Part shown: positions 20,757 to 32,690 of the stretch, piece by piece
Numbering within the stretch: position 1 is the stretch's first letter
Layout of the letters: every line of letters begins with the position of its first letter
Program-made: the position numbers and the translations under genes
Notes under the pieces: model-generated
Told to the model about the DNA's origin: nothing
Database searches by the model: none
What the model saw: only the letters and a program-made list of their open reading frames with translations
NCBI GenBank assembly: GCA_032718475.1
Contig: JAUCBJ010008708.1
Location: 62,001-126,000, forward strand
DNA: 64,000 bases
Origin: Nemertoderma westbladi
Lineage: Eukaryota > Animalia > Xenacoelomorpha
Reading direction: 5' to 3'

Positions 20757-23421
20757 AATTTGCAGACTTTAACAAGTCTCTCGTAAAATCCTCCCCACTC
20801 AGGACTCCTGGCGGGAATCCTTTTCCATTCAACAGGGTTTGCTGGGAATCTCATCGATGCCAATTTGCGAAATGTCATGGCATTATCAGAGTGAAATGTT
20901 ATAGGCGTGAGGGGTTAACCACGCAAGTAATCTCCGGATAGCTAGGTGCGTTGTTTTGCATTTCGTATCTGGGACTAGTTCAAGGTGAACGGCTCGTATG
21001 CATGCACATACAAATAATGCAACCCAAACTTTGGTTCCATCCTTGAGGAACAAATGACCAAAGAAGTCAATCCCCGTATGTTTAAAGGGAGTTACAGGTG
21101 TTACACGGAATGGCTGGAGAGTGGACTCAGATGTCCGGTAGGGTATTGATCGATATCGTTGGCATTGAGGACAGTTAAAGATAAGTTTGCGCACAAGTGA
21201 TCTCCCCTTAGGGATCCAATAACTTTGACGAATAGATGCAAGAGTAGCATCATATCCCTGATGTCCAAGTATAACATGAACTTCCATGACGATTAGGTAA
21301 GTCAGGTGACTCTTAGGAGGTAGTAGTGGTAGCGGATCACAGTTACGTATACGGGGTACAAAGACTAATAAGCCATCAATGAGCTTGGGATGAAAGCGCC
21401 AAAGATTGGATGACTTGGATAAATGACTAACAGGACTCAACAACAATCGAATTTCTTTCCCAAAGAATCGATGTTGCTCTACACAAATCAAATAGCTACG
21501 AGCAGCACAAAGTTCTGAGCCACGCAACATTTCCGAGTATTTATTGGTTGGGTGACGAGTATTATGAATAAACCGTTGGACATAAGCTACAGTTCGTATT
21601 AGGGTATTAAGACATGAAAAACGGTATATATCAATAGGGTTATCAATAATAGGGTATGGTGAGTCGATAACGAGTAACTGGGGTGGAGGCAAAGGAACAC
21701 ATGGCCAATGTGACTCAGGCTCAGAAAGAAATGCCGGACCATGTTTGTATAACATGGAGTGTTGTAGTGTAGAAAGATAACAACCCCTAGAGGGAAGATC
21801 AGCAGGGTTTAGTGCTGAAGGTATATAACGCCATTGATCACTAATATGATCAGGACGTGTGAGGTTGCAAATCTCCGCTATGCGGTTGGAAACAAAAATA
21901 TTCCGCTTTGAGACACCTTTGCGAATCCACCACAACACTGCCATTGAATCTGTCCAGATAATTAAGCGACGTGGTTGAAATATCTCAATACAGATATGGT
22001 GGCCTAGTCGACTACCTATAAGGGCAGCAAGTAGTTCGAGTTGGGGAATAGAACGTTGGGGTTTTAAAGGGGCCACCCTAGCCTTTCCGAATAATAAACA
22101 TGGCGATTTTGTTGGATGTACAACATAAGCTAAGCATGCATACGCAGCTTCAGATGCATCACAAAAAATGTGAAGATCACATTGCTCATTAAGGTAAACA
22201 CATCGACGAAAAGTGATAATAGGTGTTAGGGCATCCTGAATCCAAGAATGCCATTGCTGCTGAAGAGATTGAGGCAGTTCATCATCCCAATGACCCTTCA
22301 CAGCCCAAGACTTCTGCAATAATATGCGTGGTATAATCGTCCATGCACAATAAAGGCCCAAAGGATCAAATACCTTGGCAAATGAACGTAAGAGGTGACG
22401 ACGGGTATAAAAAGGTGGCTCAGTTATAACACTGGTATCAATGTACAATCTATCTAATGATGAATTCCATGGAACCCCTAACAGCTTAGTGGGAGACTCA
22501 GTAGGCTTGAGTTCCATTGCAGCAAGTGCAAGAAGATGAATAGCATACTCTAAAAAATATGCTGCTTCCTCTGGGGAATCTTTGCTACTGAGGAGGTCAT
22601 CACAGAAAAAAGCTTCAATAAGCTGTGAGACAATAGTAGGATCTGCATATTTAGAGATATGATATAAAACTACAGAATGTAGGTGGTATGGACTAGAAGA
22701 TACACCAAATGGTGCTCGAACAAATTGCCAGGTGGATCCATTAATAATAAGCTTGACCCACTGACGGTCATTCGGATGTAGTTCAATTTGGTGAAAAGCC
22801 GCTTTAATGTCAGCAATGACGATGTATGGTTTGAGTCGAGATCTCATTAGAATATCAACCATCGGGGCTAACAGGTTAGGTCCAATATCAAGGCAATTAT
22901 TAAGACTGACACCATTCGTATCAGGAGCTGAGCCATTAAATACGATCCGAAGCTTAGGTCTTGGTTTCCAAACACAATGGTAAGGCAAGAAGTTTCCAAC
23001 ATTATTGGCAGTGGTGGCAGGTTCAATAATCCCTTCACTAACTAACTTGGTAAGTTTGTCGGAATATGCAATTAAATCGGAAGATTTCAAAGCCTTTTGC
23101 ATACCATATTGCTGGCGTGAAACCACAGAATAATTAGGAGAAGGACGGCGTGGTCCTTTGAATGGTAGACGAACCTGGTACTGGTTAGGGTTTTCGGTTG
23201 ATTTAACAGGTGGTGGATATGCGCATTCATCATTGTCCAGGAAACTCTGAGATGATATACCAATGGCTTCAAGGGACCACATTTGAGTGACATCATCAGG
23301 TTCCGTAATCAACAGACTTGGAGTTGATTCTATTGATATGTTATGGTTTGGTTCTCCGGACATTGGACCACAAAGAACATAACCAAAGAACGTATCGACT
23401 GGGCGTGGAAGACCAACATTA
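20757..23421 (-). pseudogene. pol: BEL-A pol: RT, RNase H, integrase (frameshift near 20915)
   Basis: LRIVFNGSA, ADIKAAFHQI, FGVSSSP, FFCDD, FDPLG, HIFCDAS, LELLAA, NPADLPSRG, H…GH…C..C, GIDFFG, SDNA, WGGFYERLV. Confidence 0.9.
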
Positions 23422-23426
23422 AGTAT

Positions 23427-24673
23427 TGTAAAAGCTTCTGTGGGATATAACTGGCCCCTTTTGCTTCGCAATCCAGTTTCCCCCCAGGCGCTGGAATACT
23501 CTAAAAAGGTTCTCTAACTGTATATATATTCCCCTCGCCCGCAAGGTACCGTTACAGGTGTTTTAACGGACATAAAAGTCATTCTGCTATATACGTGTTT
23601 TGGCGGACATGGTAAGGCAAAAAACCTGCAATGCACCAACTACCTTTCACAGCTTAGCCGTGATGATTCATATTACGACATCTAACAGCTGGTTGCTGAC
23701 ATGGAAACAGCCATTGGACGCATGGTTCTTTGTTTGGCTTGAGCCAATCAGAGCGATTTTTCCTGTCGACGTGTAGCTTTTCGGCCGATCATAAGGAGAG
23801 TGTTCAGTCTTACTGTTTTTACTTGATACTTTGTTGTTATTGCTGTCTAAGCCAGAAACACCGGCTTTTTGGGAAGAACTCTAGTAAACTGCTTGAATTA
23901 TCGAAAGTATAAACTGTTACCTCAATAACTCACTAATTAACATGCTCACTTAATTTAATTGCATTAATCATATTGTTTGTACTGTTATTTTACCGTCAGT
24001 TATTAATTGTACCTATTTGTTGATGGAAATATTGCTCTTTGGATAATACGGATAAATCACCCAAATTCCCAATTTTCTTGATACACTACAGGTTAGAGAG
24101 ACCGGCTATATATAACAATTGCGATTTATATCAATGTGGTGTGTATTGAATCTAATGTTATTTAGTAGACACTACCTGAGTCAATTGCTGTTCTCTTCAT
24201 GTGTGATCAAATATACTGACGGTCGGCAGAATAGTGTGCATGATTGTGAGTGTGATGTGACTGGTAACAAAGCATTTCCTAAAGAATGCGACTTATACTT
24301 TAATCATAAGCCTTATCGTTGCGTTTAGTATAAGTCCTAGCTCTGTTTAAATAGATAGAGCGCCACGTCCTAAAGGAACTGTTAATATTTCCCGAAAGTT
24401 AATAATATCTGTCAGAAATTAATTATTAGTGATCTATCGAATAATACAATAGGCTTACACTGCAACCTTACACTGCAATAATAAAATCTAAGCATCCGAA
24501 TTCAGCCTCCCGGGTGTAGATCCATCGGGTGAATGATCGCGCATGGGCTGGCTTCGGCTAATGTTTTGTTTATTAGCATAAAATATTGTCGTATGCTAAA
24601 GGTGTGTTAATTAACTAAAAGACATATAAATTTTGGCAGGTTAAACTGCTAAAGGTCTTCAAAAGCGCGAACA
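23427..24673 (+). repeat. 5' LTR of BEL-B
   Basis: Direct repeat of 34219-35465; AATAAA at 24480-24485. Confidence 0.95.
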
Positions 24674-25108
24674 GTAACAGTTAATAATCTTATTGCAGTA
24701 GGCAATAAGGTTGCAAGTGTAGGCATTAAATACAGTTTAATACTGTTCTGACGAACAGTAACAGTTTATAATCTTATTGCAGTAGGCAATAAGGTTGCAA
24801 ACTACCGTAGTGACTGGTAAAACTGAACCGGTACTTTGTAGGTCAGTAGGCCTAACTGTCATCACCGGTACCGGTACTGCTGTACAAGTACATTTAGTAT
24901 TATTCGATTTGATTATTGTATACTGGTAGGTCTTAGTACTTAATCAGGGACTGCAGCCCTGAATTTTTATTGAGATTTTACCTATTTCTGTCGGTTTTAT
25001 TTCCTAGTAGGCTAATATTGAGCAGAAGGCGTGTGACCCTGCTCAGATTGTTCAGATAATTGTAGGCTGAGCTGCTGTCTGACTGTTGTTGAGTTTGGAG
25101 AGATTACG

Positions 25109-25625
25109 GCGTGTGTAGAGTTTGTCTGATAAAGTGCCGTTAGTAAGTTGGGGCAGTCATAACTGTAAGGTCAATCCCCTCTTAAAGAGTAAGTCGTACT
25201 ACCGTGTTAGCACGCATACTAACTAACAGTTTCAGAGTCTGCATATACTGTAGTTTATTTAGGCTTGATCGTAGTCTGCCAGTGTTTTAGCCTGTGTTTG
25301 TTTGTGTGGTCTGTTCAGGTACTGTAATAGTTATTACTCAAATATTTGTAGGCTGGATTGTTGTCTAGCTATTTTTAGGTCTGAAGGGATTGCTGCGTGT
25401 GTAGAGTTGGTCTGATCAAGTGCCGTTAGTAAGTTGGGGCAGTCATAACTGTAAGGTCAATCCCCTCTTAAAGAGTAAGTCGTACTACCGTGTTAGCACG
25501 CATACTAACTAACAGTTTCAGAATCTGCACATACAGTAGTTTGTTTAGGCTTGATAGTAGTCTGCCAGCGTTTGGTTTGTATTTGTTTGAGTATTCTGTA
25601 CGGGTAGCGTAATATTTATTATTCA
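25109..25625 (+). repeat. Tandem duplication (period about 286 bp) in the BEL-B leader
   Basis: Blocks starting GCGTGTGTAGAGTT at 25109 and 25395 share an identical core of about 100 bp. Confidence 0.85.
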
Positions 25626-26941
25626 GAGTTTATGCGATTATTCGCAACATTCATGTCCCCAAGTTTATTCCTACAGTAATTGTGCTTGTTATACATACCG
25701 TTATAGTTAAACTAACCCCGGTACTACATCAGGGCTGCTTGGCGTAGGTAAAGACTGACGACTTTGTGCTTCGGTCACTCCAGCAGATGCCGTGGTTCTT
25801 TTAGCTGTTCAAGTATATTTAACTACTGATTATTTGTTATACCGGTACTTGTACCTAATTTAGGGTTTAGAGTACAGTGCCTTCCGAAGTAATTAGTGTA
25901 GGCAGTATATTTGTGTTGTAAAGTGGTTGATAGGCACATTCGTTAGCTCTATTAGCTTCTGGGTAGGAACAATCCGTGATACATAACGTAGTACCTATAG
26001 CGATACGGTTATAGGTCGTCAGGCGGTGGTATTTTCCTATCTGGACAGTACAATATATTTACTACTACTTATTATTTAAATACCGTAGTACCCTGTCCTT
26101 TGTAATAGCCAGAAATCTAACCCTTTGTTGGACTGGTTTGTAGACTTCCTGTAAAATTACCCTAAAAAAATTTCGTACGTAATATTTTGTTGTGTTTAAT
26201 TAGAGAATTGATCTCACCCGTATCGTAAGTAATTTGTAGTATTAAGTAACTTAGGTAAATTAGAATTATCAGTTTTAGTGTCAAATAAATAACACTTCAC
26301 TGAGAGCTCACAGCTTCTGTGTAGTGACTCCCCCAGAAATAATAACATTTATTTCAAATATTGACAAAAACCCATTTAAACGGGTATATATCTATTATAA
26401 ATCAACTCAAACGATTTATAAATAGTAGGCCTGCCAGACAACAACTAGGTCTCAATATCAGTTGGACTACTGCTTAAATAACGGTAATAAAGTAAGTTAA
26501 AGTAACCAAGTAACCCTAAATATTCAGAAATTCAATTATTCTAAAATAATTGATAATTGACATACCGGTATTTATCATAGGCTTATTATATTTATCTCTA
26601 TAAATTTGAGCTGAAATCATACCGGTACTCTGTAATTAATCTAGTCCGTAATTATACTTATATATACTATAAGTGTAAGCTGTATACCGGTATTCACTAT
26701 AGGCCTATTATATATTTATATATATCTGTGCTAAATTTATATACCGGTACCCTGTGACAAACCTAGTTTACAATACTTATATATATATTATAAGCATACC
26801 GTTATTCTAATATATTATATATATATCACGCTACACTGAGTAGCAGTATCGGTAATTAATTATTAGGCTAACAGTGATACTGAATTACTAGACTTGCTTT
26901 AACTGTAATATAGCAGTAGGCATTCGACTGTACAATCAAAC

Positions 26942-29900
26942 ATGGCTGACACAAGGCAAACTCTGTCAGATAGTCTTTTAGAAACAACAGCCTGTTTCTC
27001 AGATCAAAGTGTAGAGAATCCCAGACCGAGGTCTGAGACCCCTCCTACTGTAAGAAGGGCAACCCCTGCAGTAGTTGTGTCAGAACCTAGGTTGGTAGAA
27101 GCGATTTCGCAATTTGCGAAGTTAGTGAAGCGCCGTAGGTCTGCCATAGGCACTCGGGCCCAAGTTAAGCGGGATCAGGAAGCAGCTGTCAAACAGCAGC
27201 GACATCCTAGCCAAGAACCTAGTTCCCAGCAGCCCGATAGCTCCAGTAGTTCGGAGACGGTTGAGCGGACGCCCGAACGCGGAGCGAAGATGGCGGATAC
27301 GGTTTATGATGAGCGGCCAACCTTTGAAGAATCAACCGACGCCACTTCTTCTCAAGTGGAAAGCGAAGTGGAAAGCGAAGTGGAAAGCGAATTAACAGCA
27401 GCAGAGAAGCCACGAACTAGAGATGCCATTGACATCTATCTGTCAGACTATCAGCGATTCGTAGGAGACGAAGAGTTGAGGAGACGACTGTCTGGGCTTC
27501 GCCCTAATAGTGAAGGAACCAAGCTTGTGTTAGACGCAATCGATGCGGAAATGTTAGCTGCAAACCAAGCTGAATGTGATGAAAAACTCCGCCTCACTAG
27601 AGTCCGAGAAGAACAAATAAAGAAAAGAAGGATAGAGGAACAAAAGGCGGCGGCTATGGCGGCGGCTATGGCAGAAGCAGAAGTAGAAAGAAAGGCAGCG
27701 GCGGCAGAAGTAGAAGCAAAAGGAAGGGCAGCGGCGGCAGAAGCAAAGGTGGCAAAGGCAGTGGCAGAAGCAGAAAGGAGAGCATCTGAGCAGACTACCC
27801 AACTGGAGTTGGAGAATCTGCAAGAGACACAAGACAGTATAAATAAACAGTTTACTGCTAATCAAATGCAGATGATGAGAAAATCTACTCCCAAGCGCCA
27901 GGGGTACACATCCTCGGAGGAAGGCGATACTACCGATCCTGAAGGCGGAGGAAATAGATCTCATCTAAGTAGGCGTAGAAAAACATATTACCGTCGCAAA
28001 TTGCCTGATTTGCCCCCAGCTGTTAAAAGACAGCTAACTAGCACAGATTTAGGTAGTGCAGAACCCATAGAACAATTTATCCAGGTCAAAAGACTCCCTA
28101 CTATAGTCGATGAACCTGAAATAATTAGGCCTGTAGTTCCCAAAGTCACTTCTGTGCTAGAGACCCCTACACTTCCAGAGCTTAACTCTAAATTCCCTTT
28201 ACATAGCACTACACTGCCTGTACCCGGTGGAACAGTCCATGCAAATACCCCTGTCCAGATAGCAGAGAGAGAAATCAATAATTTGTCTCCCGTCGTCCCG
28301 CGTCAGCCCGCTACTATGTTGGCGACTCCCGCTTCGGCGGTTGAGTGGGTGGAAGAGGGACGGCGGGGGATGAATCTCCTGCTAGGACAGATGCAGGAGA
28401 CTGTCCACCAACTTAAGGGAACAGTGAGGGAAGGTAGAGCAGAGTTGCAAGAAGTGCAGCAAAGTATCGCGCTAGAACGCGACAAATTAGTCAATATACA
28501 AAAAGGCATACCAATGCCCCCTGTAACATTGTGTCAACCCGTTAGGTCTGAAGTATTACATGCGCAAGGTGTGGAGCCTACACGCATCTATACTGCTAGT
28601 GAAGTTGAAACTCCTATAGCAAACCCTATTAAGGGTGATTATAGACCTGTTATTAATGATATTCCCTATAGACCTGATAATGATCCGAGAAATTTGTATA
28701 CCGATAATTCGATATTAAATAACACGATGGCCCAAGAAAGCTTCACGCGTCAGATGGCTAGAACAGAAGCCCGCCAAGCGGTCAAAGTGGGAGAGATCGT
28801 CAAATTCAATGGAGATGAGATGAAATGGTTACCTTTCAACGAATATTACAAAGATAGCATACAGAACTCTGTACTATCTAACGGAGATAAACTTAGATTC
28901 CTCATCAAGTGCTTGGAAGGACCTCCCAAGTTAATGGCGTTAAAGTTTATTGGACATCCAGATGGATTAAGACAAGTTTGGGATACATTAAACATCAGGT
29001 ATGGTAACAAGGATAACATAGCTAAGTATTTGTATGCAAAATTAGTAGCCCCCCGACACTTCCTTAGTAGCGGGATTATAGAGTTTTCCGATGAAATTCA
29101 AGAGATTTGTAGACAACTGGACTGGTTAGGTAAGTCGCATGAATATCAGAGTTCCATGGTTATTGGAGCCGTAGTCTCTACTTTACCAAAGGGTGGAGTA
29201 TGTACACGTTGGGACAAGAAAGTGTTGTACATGAATGAACAACAACGACGAAGTCCTACCATGGCTGATCTCATGTCTTTCTTAGATGGTGAGGTAAAAC
29301 TACAACTCATCAAGCAGGCCAGAGAGAAAACATCGGAAAATAAGGTAAGTGAGAAACCCGTTTCTAGGAGAAGGATAATACCAGTGTGTTATACTGACGA
29401 CGGCGAAAGCCAAGCTTCTCAAGAAGAGGACAGCGGGAAAGACACAGCAAAATCTTACTATGACAACAAGACCTATAAAGACGTAAGTAAATACAAGTCT
29501 CGAACCAGTGACAGGAGAGAACAGGTAACAACAACTCCTCCTACGTCTCCTAAGAGAATTCACGGAAGAAAGCCCGAAGAAAGAACGAGAGTGCAGAACG
29601 TTAACCAAGTTAAGGTGAGTAACATCAAACCAAAATGTGCGCTGTGCGACGGGCCCCACCGTTTGAGTGCGTGTGCTGAATTTCTAAAGAAATCCCCTGT
29701 AGACAGACGTACAGTCCTGTGGAATAAGCGGCTATGCTATAATTGCCTCAGATCAGGACACCAACGGCGAACCTGTTACTCCGACGTAAAGTGTGCAAAG
29801 TGTGGCGCGAAACATCACATCTTGTTACACAGTGAGTTCGAACGAGACAACCCGAGTCAGGTAAGTGAGCCCGAACTACATGTCCAATTCAGTGATGTGA

Positions 29901-31063
29901 ACGACACTGACCAAGGTTCTGAGTGGGAAGGATTCTATACAGACGAATTCTCCGATGCCAACGAATCCTGTTATCTAATAAATACCACAGTGTATCGAGC
30001 ACTTACGGATGAAAAGGACACTGACGAGTTTACTCCAACTCCTTTTGACAAACAACCATCTTGGAAAGTTCCAACTTCCAACATAGGAATAAGAGAATTT
30101 CCTGTAGTGCAAGTTCGAGTTCATGGTCCCAACAAGAGTTACATAGTGAATGCCCTACTTGACTCCGGCAGCACAGGAACATTCATCGATCAAGAACTAG
30201 CCGAAGATATCTTTGCTGGACAACCCAAGTTCCGGACTAAATTGAATATGTCAGGAATTGTGCAGGTTTGGAAATCTACCCTAACGGCAGATTACTATGT
30301 AGGTGTGTTGTCCACCCCCCAGGATAAGTTAGGAACACAAGGTATAAGGTCAGTAAAAATGGTGGCTATAAAGAACTTTGCTACTACTCAAGCAGAACCT
30401 TATAACTGGGACGAGGACGAGTGCATCCAACATCTTGAGATACCTCGATTCCAAACCGATTATCCTGGAGTGCAAATACTCATCGGCCAAAACGCGCATG
30501 AGGCGCTCGAGCCATTAGAGAAACGGCCTGCTCAACCACAGTCACTACAAACCTATGCGGTAAGAACTAGAGTAGGTTGGTACTTCACTGGCCCTTCCCG
30601 TAGAACTCTCAAAGAGAGATTACCTCAACAACAGGTATACCAAGTAAAGGGGGAAGTGGAGAGCAGTGATGTGGACGATCCAACTGAGGGAACACCATAC
30701 TCCTCAGATAATGACGATATTAACTCCAATGTAGATCAATGGAGACATTGCCTTGGGACGATTAATCCAGCCAACATCGCTTCCAGAGGAGCAACTCCTC
30801 AAGAACTGATAGATACTCCAGGCTGGTTAGGTGGATCCGACTCCTTAAGTAAAGAAGAAGAAGAATTGCCTCCTCATCTTACCACGGCAGAGAGTAGACA
30901 GGCCAAGGGAGCGGAGAAACTAACACAACAACTCAATCGCCCAGCTGGTCGTTTATGTTTACTGGAAAGAGACCGAAAACTGTCCGGAAACTATGGAAGG
31001 CAAGATACTCTTCCTACGACCACTTCCCTAATCCGACAAATATCTAGGGACTCTATAACGTAA
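26942..31063 (+). CDS. gag: BEL-B Gag-protease ORF with RT, RNase H and integrase deleted
   Basis: KFNGD…W..F…K..FL..CL.G.P capsid region; three Cys/His knuckles; LLDSGSTGTFI protease; then only the remnants QWRHCLGTINPANIASRG and RPAGRLCLLE. Confidence 0.9.
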   Translation: MADTRQTLSDSLLETTACFSDQSVENPRPRSETPPTVRRATPAVVVSEPRLVEAISQFAKLVKRRRSAIGTRAQVKRDQEAAVKQQRHPSQEPSSQQPDSSSSSETVERTPERGAKMADTVYDERPTFEESTDATSSQVESEVESEVESELTAAEKPRTRDAIDIYLSDYQRFVGDEELRRRLSGLRPNSEGTKLVLDAIDAEMLAANQAECDEKLRLTRVREEQIKKRRIEEQKAAAMAAAMAEAEVERKAAAAEVEAKGRAAAAEAKVAKAVAEAERRASEQTTQLELENLQETQDSINKQFTANQMQMMRKSTPKRQGYTSSEEGDTTDPEGGGNRSHLSRRRKTYYRRKLPDLPPAVKRQLTSTDLGSAEPIEQFIQVKRLPTIVDEPEIIRPVVPKVTSVLETPTLPELNSKFPLHSTTLPVPGGTVHANTPVQIAEREINNLSPVVPRQPATMLATPASAVEWVEEGRRGMNLLLGQMQETVHQLKGTVREGRAELQEVQQSIALERDKLVNIQKGIPMPPVTLCQPVRSEVLHAQGVEPTRIYTASEVETPIANPIKGDYRPVINDIPYRPDNDPRNLYTDNSILNNTMAQESFTRQMARTEARQAVKVGEIVKFNGDEMKWLPFNEYYKDSIQNSVLSNGDKLRFLIKCLEGPPKLMALKFIGHPDGLRQVWDTLNIRYGNKDNIAKYLYAKLVAPRHFLSSGIIEFSDEIQEICRQLDWLGKSHEYQSSMVIGAVVSTLPKGGVCTRWDKKVLYMNEQQRRSPTMADLMSFLDGEVKLQLIKQAREKTSENKVSEKPVSRRRIIPVCYTDDGESQASQEEDSGKDTAKSYYDNKTYKDVSKYKSRTSDRREQVTTTPPTSPKRIHGRKPEERTRVQNVNQVKVSNIKPKCALCDGPHRLSACAEFLKKSPVDRRTVLWNKRLCYNCLRSGHQRRTCYSDVKCAKCGAKHHILLHSEFERDNPSQVSEPELHVQFSDVNDTDQGSEWEGFYTDEFSDANESCYLINTTVYRALTDEKDTDEFTPTPFDKQPSWKVPTSNIGIREFPVVQVRVHGPNKSYIVNALLDSGSTGTFIDQELAEDIFAGQPKFRTKLNMSGIVQVWKSTLTADYYVGVLSTPQDKLGTQGIRSVKMVAIKNFATTQAEPYNWDEDECIQHLEIPRFQTDYPGVQILIGQNAHEALEPLEKRPAQPQSLQTYAVRTRVGWYFTGPSRRTLKERLPQQQVYQVKGEVESSDVDDPTEGTPYSSDNDDINSNVDQWRHCLGTINPANIASRGATPQELIDTPGWLGGSDSLSKEEEELPPHLTTAESRQAKGAEKLTQQLNRPAGRLCLLERDRKLSGNYGRQDTLPTTTSLIRQISRDSIT

Positions 31064-32690
31064 TAACATATGGAGTGGGCGTGTGGCTATATCATTTTAT
31101 ATTTGTTTTTATTTTATATTTATGTATGTATTATTATGTAATTTTATTATAATCGTTTTCTTTAATTTTATTTAGTAAAATGTTATTTTAGAAAATTTAG
31201 TAAATTAGTGCAATATATTAGTGTTTATTACGTACATAATTACTTAAAATATATATTTAGTGCGACGGCGAGAAATAATTATTTTCTCTTCCCTTACTGT
31301 CCGTATCATATTATAAATGCGTGACTACAGTAAGATGAAATGTCCGTACTTCTTAAAGTACAATAAAGCCACTACTATATTTAAGTATTATTGGTAGGCA
31401 GAGTATTAGGAATGCAAAGTTCAGATCCTCGTGTCTCGGCTAAACCAAGCTCTGGGTAGACCTTGGAAACGACTTGCCTCTTCACACTGACATTGCTTCG
31501 TGCGATATTGCTCTTCTACCTTATAACAAATAATACATATAGTAGCGTGATGTCCCTCTAACAGTAGCGTCAATCGCAAATAAATCTGTTAAACTTTTGA
31601 CCATCTGTAATTCTAGTCGATTAAGATATCGTGGCACCCACCGATATACTTGAAAGACAAATTCTAGAATCAGTGGTTAACGTCCCCAGACAAGTTCTGG
31701 AATAAATTGGTGCCCATCCTAAATATTAATTTAATATTTGTTAAAATCTGTAAAATCCCGATCCTTTAAAATTTCTAGTCAATTAAGATATCGCAGTATT
31801 TACCGATATTCTTAGAAGGACTATTTTATAGAATTAAGGATCCTAAGTCCCCAGATATGCTCTGGAATAAAATTTATGTCAATTTAACAATCAAATAATA
31901 AAATTCACGGGAATAAATTTAAATTCATATTCAAATGAATTTCATAAATTGTCATTTTGTACAATTTATAACATTCCCAAAATTCCAGTAATTAATAGAT
32001 CATGGGAGCGGAGATTCATATTGAGTGTACTAGAGTGTGAGAATCTCCAACATATAGTCAATAGCCGATAAAATTTATAAAATCATGCATAAAGAGGATA
32101 TTGACAATTAAAGAATTACTATTAAATAACATCCCAGATCTGTATGCCTGCGCCTGAGGATTGCCCTAATTCTACCGCTAGTTTTCCATAATGTCACCAT
32201 GGCAACACCCACGCTAGAATTAGAAACAAGTTAAAGGACCAATAAAAGCTTGCCCCATTGCGTAGCATAAGAGTATACATAGCGCACTATTAGTATCCAA
32301 GGATACATAGTAATAACGTGACATTCTGGAAGACACTGACTAACGGACAAATGGCATGCATGTGTGCAGTAAGTAATGATTGTATGGAATTTGTGCGTTT
32401 ATAGGTGAATGTTACTACTAAAGTGTGTTTACAGTAGCTAATCGCAATTGTAAAATAGCCCTAACTCTACCGAGATAACCTCAAGTGGATTCAAGCCTTT
32501 GGGACGGACAGTGGTGGGACTTGTGCCGGTTATCGTTGTCGTGCTGTTGCTACATGTTGGCGTAAACACCGCGACAATGGTACATCGGCGCTGAGAAACC
32601 CACTGTCCGGGGGCAAAGCCTAGTAGGCAGCGACGCCCGCTTGCCTAAAATATTAACTCATATTGATATTAATAAACTCAGATAGCAGAT

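Noticed and set aside
23422-23471. N-terminus of ORF 20886-23471 and C-terminus of ORF 35441-37474
   Set aside because: Chance read-through into the BEL-B LTR ends; the true ORF rejoins across the insertion.
23730-24328. Short ORFs duplicated at 34522 and 34911
   Set aside because: Identical only because they lie in the two LTRs; TTG starts and no coding signal.
27560-27830. Ala/Glu-rich coiled coil resembling TolA or myosin (also 62300-62720)
   Set aside because: Low-complexity N-terminal region of BEL Gag, not a separate gene.
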